From Octopus bimaculoides (taxonomy: Eukaryota): a DNA stretch of 44,416 nucleotides. Position 1 is the first letter of the stretch. Every line of letters begins with the position of its first letter. The stretch covers positions 44,737,400-44,781,815 of the forward strand of contig NC_068998.1 in assembly GCF_001194135.2 (NCBI RefSeq), read 5' to 3'. Position numbers and translations under genes: made by a program. The notes beneath the pieces were generated by a model, which did not search any database, had not been told where the DNA came from, and saw nothing but the letters and a program-made list of their open reading frames with translations. Positions 23,831 to 34,715 of this stretch are shown piece after piece.

Positions 23831-24620
23831 ATAACATATGTATAAGCACAGACACACACATACATACACAAAAACTCATGCATACAGACACACACTGGTA
23901 TAAACACACATACGATTGGCTTTCTGTATTTGTCTGTATTTATGCTGTAAAAGGACTTAGTAGACAGAAACTGAAAGAAGCCTGTTGTGTATGTGTGCGT
24001 GTGTGTGTGTGTGTGTGTGTTTGTGTGTGTGAGTGTTTATATTTATGCTGTGACTGTTTATACTCCACTACTTAGCAGTTAAACAAAAAGATAACATTAA
24101 AATAAATCTTATAGTCAAGCCATTGTGCATTGAGGGAGACGTCAGTAGTCTCTAAAATCCACAAAGGACANNNNNNNNNNNNNNNNNNNNNNNNNNNNNN
24201 NNNNNNNNNNNNNNNNNNNNNNNNNNNNNNNNNNNNNNNNNNNNNNNNNNNNNNNNNNNNNNNNNNNNNNNNNNNNNNNNNNNNNNNNNNNNNNNNNNNN
24301 NNNNNNNNNNNNNNNNNNNNNNNNNNNNNNNNNNNNNNNNNNNNNNNNNNNNNNNNNNNNNNNNNNNNNNNNNNNNNNNNNNNNNNNNNNNNNNNNNNNN
24401 NNNNNNNNNNNNNNNNNNNNNNNNNNNNNNNNNNNNNNNNNNNNNNNNNNNNNNNNNNNNNNNNNNNNNNNNNNNNNNNNNNNNNNNNNNNNNNNNNNNN
24501 NNNNNNNNNNNNNNNNNNNNNNNNNNNNNNNNNNNNNNNNNNNNNNNNNNNNNNNNNNNNNNNNNNNNNNNNNNNNNNNNNNNNNNNNNNNNNNNNNNNN
24601 NNNNNNNNNNNNNNNNNNNN

Positions 24621-24667
<47 letters not shown>

Positions 24668-24862
24668 TATGCCAGCATGGAAGGTGAACGTTAGGCAATG
24701 ATGATGATGATACATGCATACATATATCATTAATCTAACTTGATATCCCTTATATTATTCATCAATTAATCTCTGTCAATATGGATCAGAATGAGATATA
24801 ATTAAGAAATTCATTTCCTCTCATAAAGATCAATAGTAAAAAGAACAAGAAAAAAAATGTAA

Positions 24863-24991
24863 TCAAATTTCCTTGTTGTTGTTGTTGTTGTTGTTGCTAG
24901 CGCTCCTGCTGTTGTTGTTGCTGCTGTTGTTGTGTGGTCTTTCGTGAAGAGACACTACTTGACTAGTGTAAAATATCAACTGTTCGTAGAA
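24863..24991 (-). CDS. Candidate terminal coding exon FYEQLIFYTSQVVSLHERPHNNSSNNNSRSASNNNNNNNKEI*
   Basis: Minus-strand acceptor TGTCTGTCCTCCCCCCTCTTTTGCCTGTCGTTCTAG after a long AG-free zone. The phase-0 frame stays open to a TGA at 24863-24865. No homology recognised. Confidence 0.2.
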   Translation of the reverse strand, partial: FYEQLIFYTSQVVSLHERPHNNSSNNNSRSASNNNNNNNKEI

Positions 24992-25392
24992 CTAGAACGA
25001 CAGGCAAAAGAGGGGGGAGGACAGACATAGCATTATTGGATGGGCAGATGTGTCAGTGATAGATCAAAGTTTTTCGTTTGTTTTTTTGTTTTTTTGCATA
25101 TATTTTATTTTTAGAATCTAATTCTGTAATTCTTCAATAAATCTTTCTTAAATTTCAATGATTATTATTATTGTAATGATTGTTGTTGCCATTTTTAAAC
25201 TGAAATGTTGTAAAACTTTCTTAACGTGTTTTATGGATATCTGAAATTTAAATTAAAAAGTGTCAAAAAAATTACATTGAAAGGTAAATTATCTTTTATC
25301 AGCAATTATCTATTTAATTTATTGCTTACATTTATATATTTTTTTTCTCAAATTTGGTAATTTTGCATATCCTTGACATGAATACATCTTAG

Positions 25393-25413
25393 AAACCTGG
25401 AGTTGTTCCAGAG
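25393..25413 (+). other. Candidate 21-nt frame-preserving microexon
   Basis: TTTTGCATATCCTTGACATGAATACATCTTAG|AAACCTGGAGTTGTTCCAGAG|GTGAAT. All three frames are open (KPGVVPE in phase 0). Confidence 0.2.
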
Positions 25414-26528
25414 GTGAATCAGCTTGGCTATTGATATATTCCTTGGATGGTTTAACAATCCCCACCCTTGTTTATATCATGGAAATAGTATCAATTCTCC
25501 CCAGCCCATGCTGCAGCAGTAATGCACTCCTCTCTTTGCCTATTTAGTATAGATGACCAATATGCCCACTATCTAATACTGCCATTGAGGTCTCTCTTTA
25601 TTATTAAGAGCCATCTACATGAAAGAAACTATCCTTATTCCCATTGGCCTTATTGTGCCACCCTCTGTAAGCTTCCTTGGTAGCTACTCCATGTGTCATA
25701 AAGACAAATATGACTCCTCAGCCTTAATATAATACAACTACATAGGAATTTGGCCAAACTGAACAAACCCAACCACATATGTGACTATGCATATCTTTTA
25801 TCGCTTTAGTCATTTGACTGCAGCCCTGTGAGTAAAACTTTAGCTGATGGAAACTCTGTGGATACCCATCAAAGAGACCACTACCTAGTCTTGGATGGCA
25901 GGCTTCATGTATTCCCTTTTTGAACACCTCCATCTAACCAGTGGGCACCTTTGGTAGACAACCCTTTGTTGCAAACAGTTGCTCTAAAAAATAAGTTCCT
26001 CTTTTCTTCTTTACAATGAACTTAGAACCTCCTGAAAACGGCCAACAATACTGCCCTCCGTCCTCTCACAACTTCCCACTTCCATTCCCCATTAATAAAA
26101 GCATAAAAACCCTACTTCACAAACATCATTATCAACTCTGCTGTGACAATCAGAGTGTTAAAGACTCAATTGTTCTCTAACCTAAAACAAACAAACGGAG
26201 AAATCTAAGGTGTGAATGTGAGACATCGTTGAATTCTCTTCCACATCATCTATGTCATTAAACAACAATGATTTATGTGACTGTTCCTTACAGCAGCCAT
26301 CAAGCAACATTAATAACCTACTATATTATTGACTACAACATTTGTCTCTCTTATCAGTGATAATGGCTTATTAAGGATGACAAATTTGTAATTTCTTCTT
26401 TTACCGGCTTACACAAAACAATACCACAATCGATGTTTTGTCTTTTTTTTCTTCTCTTGTGGCAAAGTAACAGAATATAGACGTGTGTGTTTGTATATGT
26501 ATGTACACAAATGTGTGTAAATACATTC

Positions 26529-26577
<49 letters not shown>

Positions 26578-26601
26578 GATAGATAGATAGATAGATAGGT
26601 A

Positions 26602-26945
26602 GGCTCAGGTGTGGTTGTGTGGTAAGAAGCTTGCTTCCCAATCACATGGTCCTGGGTTCAGTTCCTCTGCATGGTACCTTTGGAAAGTGTCTCCTGCTAT
26701 AGCCATGTGCAGACCAAAGCCTTGTGAGTGAACTTGGTAGACAGAAACTGAAAGAAGCCCGTCGTTTGTTTATATACAGAAGGTCTGATCAATAAGTATC
26801 CGGACTGTTGTCATAGTAACCAAGCTAAAATACACTGTAAGTAGTAGGCTTACAAAGAATAAGTCCTGGGGTCTTTGTTTGACTAAAGGTGGTACTCCAG
26901 CATGGCTGCAGTCAAATGGCTGAAACAAATAAAAGAATAAAAGAA
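26602..26945 (+). mobile_element. Family A SINE with its middle replaced by a mariner-like TIR fragment (26777-26835)
   Basis: Head and body to 26765, then TA|CAGAAGGTCTGATCAATAAGTATCCGGACTG, resuming at AGTAGGCTTACAAAGAATAAG. The Tc1/mariner assignment comes from memory of such TIRs and the TA target. Confidence 0.65.
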
Positions 26946-28104
26946 TATGTATATGTAGTGCATCAGCATGGCCGCAGCTCTGAGCTGAAACTTTGAAATG
27001 AAATGAAAAAGTATATATGCGATTTAAATACCCACATTTGTTAATAAAAAGAAGTTATGCCCTGTGTGTAGGTGTTTTTGTGTGTGTGTTTGTGTGTGTA
27101 TATTTGTGCATGTGTGTGTGTATACATATGTATATAAACACACACGTGTGTAGGTATGTGTGCATGTATATACATACAAACATGCATATACCTATATATA
27201 TATATATGTGTGTGTCTGTGTGTTACTTTTATTTATAGGAGTATTAAAATATTTTTCCCTTATAGTGTATTATTGTATAAAGTTATAAAGATGAGTGTAT
27301 TGAATATAGTCTAATGCCCTTGATAATTGATCCACCCATCAAGCCTCCTGGGGCTAAACAGCAACACCAGCAATCAACTCAGCAACCACAATTCATGCTG
27401 AATACTTCTGTATTTTCCCTGGAACTGTTCATAGTCAAAAGCTTATAGAGGTCAGGGTCAGTGGGTGAGAAACAGATGGTTAATTGGAGCCGGACTGGTT
27501 TCTTTCTAAGCAATGTGTCTGATGGTAGAGACTCTGTATATTGTTGGGAGAGAAGTGTGTTGGTTCATTTTATGTCTCGCGATCGAGATAACAGACTATT
27601 ATCAGTAAATGAACTACAAAAAACTAAGAACAAAAATAACTGTACATAGACATATTTATTTTATATTTAAAACACAAATTAATATTTATGTGCGTATGCC
27701 TATGCATGTGTTCATATGTTGTGCATGTATGCATATGACTGTATGTGTGTGTGTATTTATATATATGTATATGTGTGTTGTTTGTGTGTATATACCTGTG
27801 TGAATATATATGTGTGAGTGTTGCATTTGTGTATATGTGTGTTATATTATGATGGATATATGTAATAGAATATGCTTGCTATGGTATTTAACTATTGCTT
27901 TATTAGGGCACTAAAACATGCTTGTTCCTCATAAACACACACAAATTATGTTTTGCTTGCTAAAACCATTAGGATATTTGGAATAATCATGTTTGGTCAA
28001 AACTAAACTTTTCAATTTTTACAGTATCTATATTTAGAAAATACACTGCAGTCTTTAATGAACTGAGTTGCAGCCTTTATAGGATCTTAAAAGAGAATGC
28101 TTAA

Positions 28105-28325
28105 CCCCTAAGCATTCAGAATACTCTGTCAAATGTAATGCTTGTTCATTCTTATTGTTCTGTATTAACCATGCATTATCTTGTGGCTTTGAGATTTCAG
28201 TGATGTTATTGTATATTTTTTTTATTTTCAAAATGACATTATGGGGAAGGTGGAAGAGGTTGGATCTGGCCAGTTTAAACAGGCAGAATATTTTGGTCAG
28301 ATATGGCTGGTTTAAATGTGGTGCA
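28105..28325. mobile_element. piggyBac-type MITE copy (inverted relative to 41238)
   Basis: TTAA|CCCCTAAGCATTCAG start; the interior is the reverse complement of 41238-41453; the far end is degenerate. A third partial copy lies at about 31270-31450. Confidence 0.65.
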
Positions 28326-28420
28326 ATAATTGCTATCTAGCACTTCTTTTCAAACTGTTTTATTTTTTATAACATAACCTGTAAATGTTTTTTGACCAAC
28401 AAATCAACCAGTAGCTGATT

Positions 28421-28472
28421 TACTAATGGTCATTATTATTTTTTTTTCTGTTTCTTCTTCTTACAGGTAAGA
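28421..28472 (+). promoter_or_regulatory. 3' splice site juxtaposed to a 5' splice site (candidate recursive splice site)
   Basis: TACTAAT branchpoint-like motif at 28421-28427, no AG until 28465, polypyrimidine tract TTTTTTTTTCTGTTTCTTCTTCTTA, CAG at 28464-28466, then immediately GTAAGA. Confidence 0.55.
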
Positions 28473-28507
28473 TATATATATATATATATTCATTTCACTG
28501 AAGGAAT

Positions 28508-28552
28508 ATGTTTGGTTCTGTCAGAAAACCTGGTTTAGATGGTAAAGAGAAG
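28508..28552 (+). CDS. Candidate start-codon-containing exon segment MFGSVRKPGLDGKEK (phase 0)
   Basis: ATG at 28508 with A at -3 and an in-frame upstream stop at 28499. The frame is open to the AAG|GTAACG donor at 28552/28553. It lies in the 86-nt exon defined by the 28466 acceptor. No homology recognised. Confidence 0.35.
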
Positions 28553-28659
28553 GTAACGTTTTTATTTCATTGTTTGTTATAGACATTCATCTATAAGGCA
28601 CAAACAGAAATGAGTAAATGATAAACAATTGGTTACTTCAACAATGTAACTACTCGTGT

Positions 28660-28840
28660 GCCATTGGTGATTTCTTTCCCATCTTTTGGAATTTTCCCTT
28701 TCTCCTTTCTGACAAAGAGTTATGCCCGAAATGTCAAACTCACGCCTTTCATCAAGTATCAAGCTAAAACATTTCTTGTGCACATCCACACATTCACTTT
28801 TTGTCATGTTTTTCGTATGCTTTCGTTTTTTTATTTCTTC
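28660..28840 (+). mobile_element. Penelope-like terminal fragment with a second decayed hammerhead motif (28704-28740)
   Basis: CCTTT CTGACAA A GAG-TTATG-CCC GAAA TG TC AAAC has the same architecture as the reverse complement of 18451-18489. Confidence 0.5.
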
Positions 28841-28870
28841 ATTTGAATTGATGTTGTATATATATATATA

Positions 28871-29263
28871 GGCGCAGGAGTGGCTGTGTGGTAAGTAGCT
28901 TGCTTACCAACCACATGGTTCCGGGTTCAGTCCCACTGCATGGCATCTTGGGCAAGTGTCTTCTACTATAGCCTCGGGCCGACCAAAGCCTTGTGAGTGG
29001 ATTTGGTAGACGGAAACTGAAAGAAGCCCGTCGTATATATGTATATATATATATATGTGTATGTGTGTGTCTGTGTTTGTCCCCCCAACATAGCTTGACA
29101 ACCGATACTGGTGTGTTTACGTCCCCGTAACTTAGCGGTTCGGCAAAAGAGACCGATAGAATAAGTACTAGGCTAACAAAGAATAAGTCCTGGGGTCGAT
29201 TTGCTCGACTAAAGGCGGTGCTCCAGCATGGCTGCAGTCAAATGACTGAAACAAGTAAAAGAG
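28871..29263 (+). mobile_element. Family A composite tRNA-derived SINE, young full-length reference copy
   Basis: GGCGCAGGAGTGGCTGTGTGG (A-box-like), GGTTCAGTCCC (B-box-like), GCGCAG/CTGCAT acceptor-stem remnant, body, TA/TG slot, 3' module ending AAGTAAAAGAG. Inserted in a TA run. Confidence 0.92.
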
Positions 29264-29282
29264 TATATATATATATATATAT

Positions 29283-29313
<31 letters not shown>

Positions 29314-29560
29314 TTTGTATGTATATATATATGTGTGTGTGTGTGTGTATATATTCATGTATGTGTGTATATATATATATGTATGTATACATACATGCAT
29401 ACACAGATAAATGTCGTACAATGAGAATGAGTGCTCAACACTACATTGCTAGATTGGATTGGCTTCAAAAAAATTGTTGAGATATTTCTAACATGAAACC
29501 AATGGTAGCCTTAATATACAAATAAGATATATGCATATATACATATAGATAGATAGATAG

Positions 29561-29607
<47 letters not shown>

Positions 29608-30010
29608 CATGCACACTACATGATGTGTCTGTGTAATACAAACATAAATGCATATATATGTACATCCTAGGTTATATATTGACACATATACATATCAATT
29701 TATATGTAACTTATATGCAGCAGTAAATATTAATAGAAGTAGTGTTTCACTCATCACTGAATTTTTTAAAAATAACTATGAATTATGTGTGTGTATAAAT
29801 GTAAATTAATATATATATACACACACACACACACACAAATAAATCTACACTTATATATATATTATATATATCTACAAGTAAATTTATGCATATATATATA
29901 TATATATATACACAAGTAAATTTATGCTTATATATATACAAGTAGATTTACACATATATATGTATGTATATATGAACATGAGTGTATGAGTGCTTATGCA
30001 ACTGTATATG
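29264..30010. repeat. Compound TA/CA/TAGA microsatellite field
   Basis: Direct reading. Confidence 0.85.
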
Positions 30011-30452
30011 TTTGCATGTGCCGGCTCCAAAATTTATTTTGGCATCGNNNNNNNNNNTTAAATCTGGATATTGTTTAGAAGAAAAAACAAATCTTCTCTA
30101 AATATAATGTATAGCTTGCTGTTCGTGTGATGCAAAGGTTGAGGGATTCTTTTAACATTTATTTGTTGGTTGGTTTCTAATTATATATTAATTTTTTACT
30201 TGTTTTGTATCTCAGTTTAATTTTGTTCATTTTTTTTTGTTAGTTTTTCTTTTACTTTATTTCATTTATTTACATATATTCCATTGCACTTGCCAAACAA
30301 TGAGTTCATTGGTTAAAAGTTTCCATCAGGTCAATCAGTGGTTCCTTGTGTTTCTGATTTCTAATGGTGTGATAGCTAGATTGAGTTTGGGTTGGTTGGC
30401 AGTTCTTGTGTTTTGAACTAGATGAACCAGAGAGGAAATCATTTACATAATA

Positions 30453-30618
30453 GGCGCAGGAGTGGCTGTGTGGTAAGTAGCTTGCTTACCAGCCACATGG
30501 TTCCGGGTTCATTCCCACTATGTGGCATCTTGGGCAAGTGTCTTCTACTATAGCCTCGAGCCAACCAAAGCCTTCTGAGTGGATTTGGTAGATGGAAAAC
30601 TGAAAGAAGCCCATCGTA

Positions 30619-30690
<72 letters not shown>

Positions 30691-30880
30691 TGTGTCTGTG
30701 TTTGTCCTTCCAACATCGCTTGACAACCGATGCTGGTGTGTTTACGTCCCCGTAACTTAGCGGTTCGCCAAAAAGAGACCGATAGAATAAGTACTAGGCT
30801 TACAGAGAATAAGTCCTGGGGTCGATTTGCTCAAATAAAGGCGGTGCTCCAGCATGACTGAAACAAGTAAAAGAGTAAAA
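30453..30880 (+). mobile_element. Family A SINE, young full-length copy with a small 3' deletion
   Basis: Near-identical to 28871-29263; CCAGCATG joins directly to ACTGAAAC. Confidence 0.92.
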
Positions 30881-31134
30881 TAATAGCTTGCCTTGTTCAT
30901 TATATCAGCTATTTTCCTCTCTCAATGAAGAGCTCTACTTTTACCAAACTGTGATTCTCTTATCACTTGTCTGATCTGCTAGAATTAATAGCCAGATCTC
31001 ACTCAAATCACAGCTTCTAAAAGGAAGACATTGAATGGATAATTCAGTCAAAGATGCAGATTATCAGGAAAAAAGTAGGATAATCATTGCAGAAACACCT
31101 TTAATCCCTTAGCTTTCACATTATTCTGTTACGG

Positions 31135-31260
31135 TCGACTTTACTTTCATCCATTTAGGGCTGATAAATTAAGTACCAGCTGTGTACTGGGTCGATCTAA
31201 TCAACTGCCTCCCCTCCCCCAAAATTTGAGGCCTTGTGCCTAGAATAGAAAAGATTATTC
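31135..31260 (+). mobile_element. SINE family E 3' half
   Basis: GGTCGACTTTTACTTTCATCCATTTAGGGCTGATAAATTAAGTACCAG...CCCCAAAATTTGAGGCCTTGTGCC. Confidence 0.7.
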
Positions 31261-31912
31261 TATCAAATGTGATTCTTATTTATCCACATGGTTTTGATTT
31301 CTTCATGCATCGGCTTGCAGCTGTCTAATTTCAACGATGTGATTGTATATTCTAATGAGCTTGTTGGGTAGGTGTAAGAGGCCAGATCTAACCAGTTCGA
31401 ACATAAAGCATGTAGGAAATAATTCTGGCCCAGATATGGCTGGTTTATCATGCGTTTGCTTGTCCAGAACAATTGTAACAGTTTGTAAAATCAACCACTG
31501 AGGTAGCTAGTATTTTATCTTGAGTTACTGAATGCATCAGTCAAATTTGTCTCAGCAGACTCTCAACTGTCAGTAAATAGCTTTTATATGCATTAGGGAC
31601 ATAGCTCCTTCTATACGTAGTTACCCAGCCTAAGATAACCAACAAACTTTCCTTTACCAACTCCCAACCATCTTTAAGATGACTCTTTGTGTGTGCATGG
31701 CCACAGTCAAATGACTGAAACAAGTAAAATAAAAGAATATATATATGTGTGTGTGTGTTTATATGCACACACGCACGCACGTATATATATCTGCTTTTAT
31801 ATTTTTTCGGCAGAAGTTAAGGTAACTCAAGGGCCAAGAATTTTATACATGACACTTATCAAACGCCATGGCTTGAAACTCTTGAATCATTTTGAAACTG
31901 TTGCCAATTAAA

Positions 31913-31956
<44 letters not shown>

Positions 31957-32788
31957 TTATTCATGCTTTCAGGTCTATTTATCTTGTTTTTATTACCAAA
32001 CATACGTATGTCTAAGTATTGGTAAAAAAATATATGTATGTATGGATGTGTGTGTGGGTATATGTGTGTGTGTGTGTGTTTATGCATATCTGTATGTGTA
32101 TATATGTCTGTACTTGTATGTATGTGTGTGCTTGAGCTGAAGAGCTGAGAATTTAAAAAGCATAGTTTAAAATTGCAGTTTACTTTTCCATAACCACCTT
32201 TTCAAATATACATTTATTTCACATAAGAAAACACATGCAACCACACTAAACCATCACAAACACTCATACACACACACACGAATTCACACACTTACATACA
32301 CACGCAGCCACACATTGTAGTTAGTAATGTAACATAAATATTGATGTATTTTTCATGGCATTTTTCCCTGTTCCTAATTAGGGACAACCGCAGAGTTTTA
32401 AGAACTTAAGAACAGATGCATTGAGAAAATTTGTTTTGAATTTGACCTGCATCAGAAGAGTTAGCCTTTGGAGAGATTATTTCATGTTTATCTACTTTTT
32501 ATCTAATTATCTATTATTTATTTGTGTCTTAAATTTCTTTTTTTATTGTTTGGTGCCAGATGCATTATTCAAAGAACTTTATTATGGTCATGTAAATATA
32601 TATAAATCTTCTCATTGAAAAATGCAAAATAACAAATACATGCAAATACAAACAAAAGTGAACACACCTGTATTGAGTCACCATTAAAAGGGAAATACAT
32701 TTTGTTCAAAGTTCCAATCTATATTTTCAGATATATTAGCATAGCAGCTATTAGATCGCGTTTCAATGCTAGAGAAAAAGTCATCATT

Positions 32789-33090
32789 TATTCTTTTACT
32801 TGTCTCAGTCAGTTGACTGTAGCCATGCTGGAGCATCACCTTGAATGGTTTTAGTCGAACAAACTGACCCTAGGACCTTATTTCTTTTAAGCCTAGTACT
32901 TATTCTATTGGTCACTTTTGCCGAACTGCTAGGTTATGAGGACATAAACACACCAACGCCAGCTGTCAAGAGGTGGTAGTGGTTGGGAGGGGACAAACAC
33001 AGACACCAAGGCATACATACATGCATATACATACATACATACATACATATGACAGGCTTCTTTCAGTTTCCGTCTATCAAATCCACTCAT
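32789..33090 (-). mobile_element. Family A SINE, inverted, head missing
   Basis: Reverse complement of the 3' module, (TACA)n slot and body to AATCCACTCA. Confidence 0.8.
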
Positions 33091-33776
33091 TTGAACTCAA
33101 AGCTAAAAAATGTAAAAATATGTAATTAAATTCCGTCAGCTTCTTTGCTTCCTGCTCTATGAAATCTTCTGTTGTTTCTTTGCTAATAAATTTATCATCT
33201 TAACAAAATTAATATAATGACTTTATCATAACAAAATTAATATTTTTCTAAACACCTGATGTTCTTCTAATTGAGCTATGTAATGTTGTTTTTTACATTA
33301 ATATTTTTTTTTTTATTTTTCTCTTAATATCATCACAAAAATGATTTGAGTCAGAAATCAAAACTACATCCTATTTTAGAGAAGTGAAATTCTGGCGTAA
33401 GTAACAAGGAGCCCTCTTCATGTTCAGCTCAGCCTTCTAATAACGGTAACCAAATATACTTCAAATCATACCCAACTTGCTTTAAAAGAGGAAAACTATA
33501 TTAGATAGTTTAAGCCTTGATGCACCCAAGTCAAGGCTGGAATGCTTTTAATCATAGGTCTGAGGTATCAGAACAACCTGGGGCTGAATACAATATTTTT
33601 AATTCTTAAAATGCAGCAGGCTTACTTTCTGTTACTAATGTCATCCAGAAAGATATGGCCATCGACATTTATATGTTACCTGCCTCACAAAAATTTAATG
33701 TTTACTCTTCCCTCCTTCACGGTTACCAAAAATCTGCTGTCAGGATCAGAACTCAAATAATATTGTTTTTTTTTTT

Positions 33777-33993
33777 TATCTTTTATCTTTAATTTGTATT
33801 AGTCCTTGAACTGCAGCCATGCTGGGGCACCACCTGGGGAGGTTTTTTACTCAAATATACCAACACCAGTACTTTTTTTTTTTAAGCCTGGGATTTATTC
33901 TGTTGGTCTTTTTTACTGAACTGCTTAGTTATGGGAATGTTAATGGAACCACACCCATTGTCAACTTGTGGTGGAGGACAAATACAAAGACAA

Positions 33994-34033
<40 letters not shown>

Positions 34034-34253
34034 NNNNNNNNNNNNNNNNNNNNNNNNNNNNNNNNNNNNNNNNNNNNNNTATACGATGAGCTTCTTTCAG
34101 TTTCCATCTATCAAATCTGATTAGAAGGCTTTGGTTGGCCCAAAGCAACCAAAATTTTAATAAAAGGCACTCGCCCAAGGTGCCACAAGGTAAGACTGAA
34201 CCCAAAACCACGTGCATGGTCGGGAAGTAAACTTCTTACAACACAGCCATGCC
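33777..34253 (-). mobile_element. Family A SINE, inverted, full length with a gap in the microsatellite slot
   Basis: All modules are recognisable in reverse complement. Confidence 0.8.
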
Positions 34254-34685
34254 GTTTTATTTATTTATTTTTTATTTATTTATTTTTTTCAATTTCTCCC
34301 AATCTATTTTGCTATGATTGCATGAATTGGACGAATTTGCAAATTCTGGCATTTTCATGCTGAAGGAATGTACTTTTTCTACATTAGTAATAAAATCATT
34401 TTAGAGTGAACTAATTGACTGTTTAGTAACTTAACATTAAGTAAATTCATTGATGTCAAACAAATTTAGGTACCCCAACCTGCAGCTCAACATAATGGCT
34501 GTACTAAAATTTGAAAACATGACTATGTATTCTAAGAAGCACCACAATAACCTCTGTACCATTATAACACACTTGTATATGTGAATTAGAGAAATTTCTT
34601 CACACTGCTATTATCTTCTGCAAAAGGTTTCATGTTCCTTTATTAAGTTCAGTTTCTGCTGATTAACAACTTTTGAAGAACATAC

Positions 34686-34715
34686 CCCCTGTTAAGTCAC
34701 GACCACAATTTGGCG
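34686..34715 (-). other. Candidate 30-nt phase 1-1 microexon encoding xPNCGRDLTGx
   Basis: CATGCTGCTTCTTCGCAG|CGCCAAATTGTGGTCGTGACTTAACAGGGG|GTATGT. Only the phase-1 frame is open. The sequence is a CpG-retaining island. Confidence 0.3.

Noticed and set aside
26405-26455. Possible minus-strand exon RRKKRQNIDCGIVLCKP
   Set aside because: The basic cluster derives from a poly-A run, and two alternative weak donors give no consistent phase.
27310-27535. Minus-strand frame ending ...TEVFSMNCGC*, reminiscent of a TGF-beta C-terminus
   Set aside because: No upstream CC motif, wrong cysteine spacing, and the frame is antisense-locked to a + strand ORF; likely chance.
28871-28945. tRNA-like cloverleaf with A and B boxes
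   Set aside because: It is the head of a multi-copy SINE; the anticodon arm does not pair properly and it continues into the SINE body, so it is not a tRNA gene.
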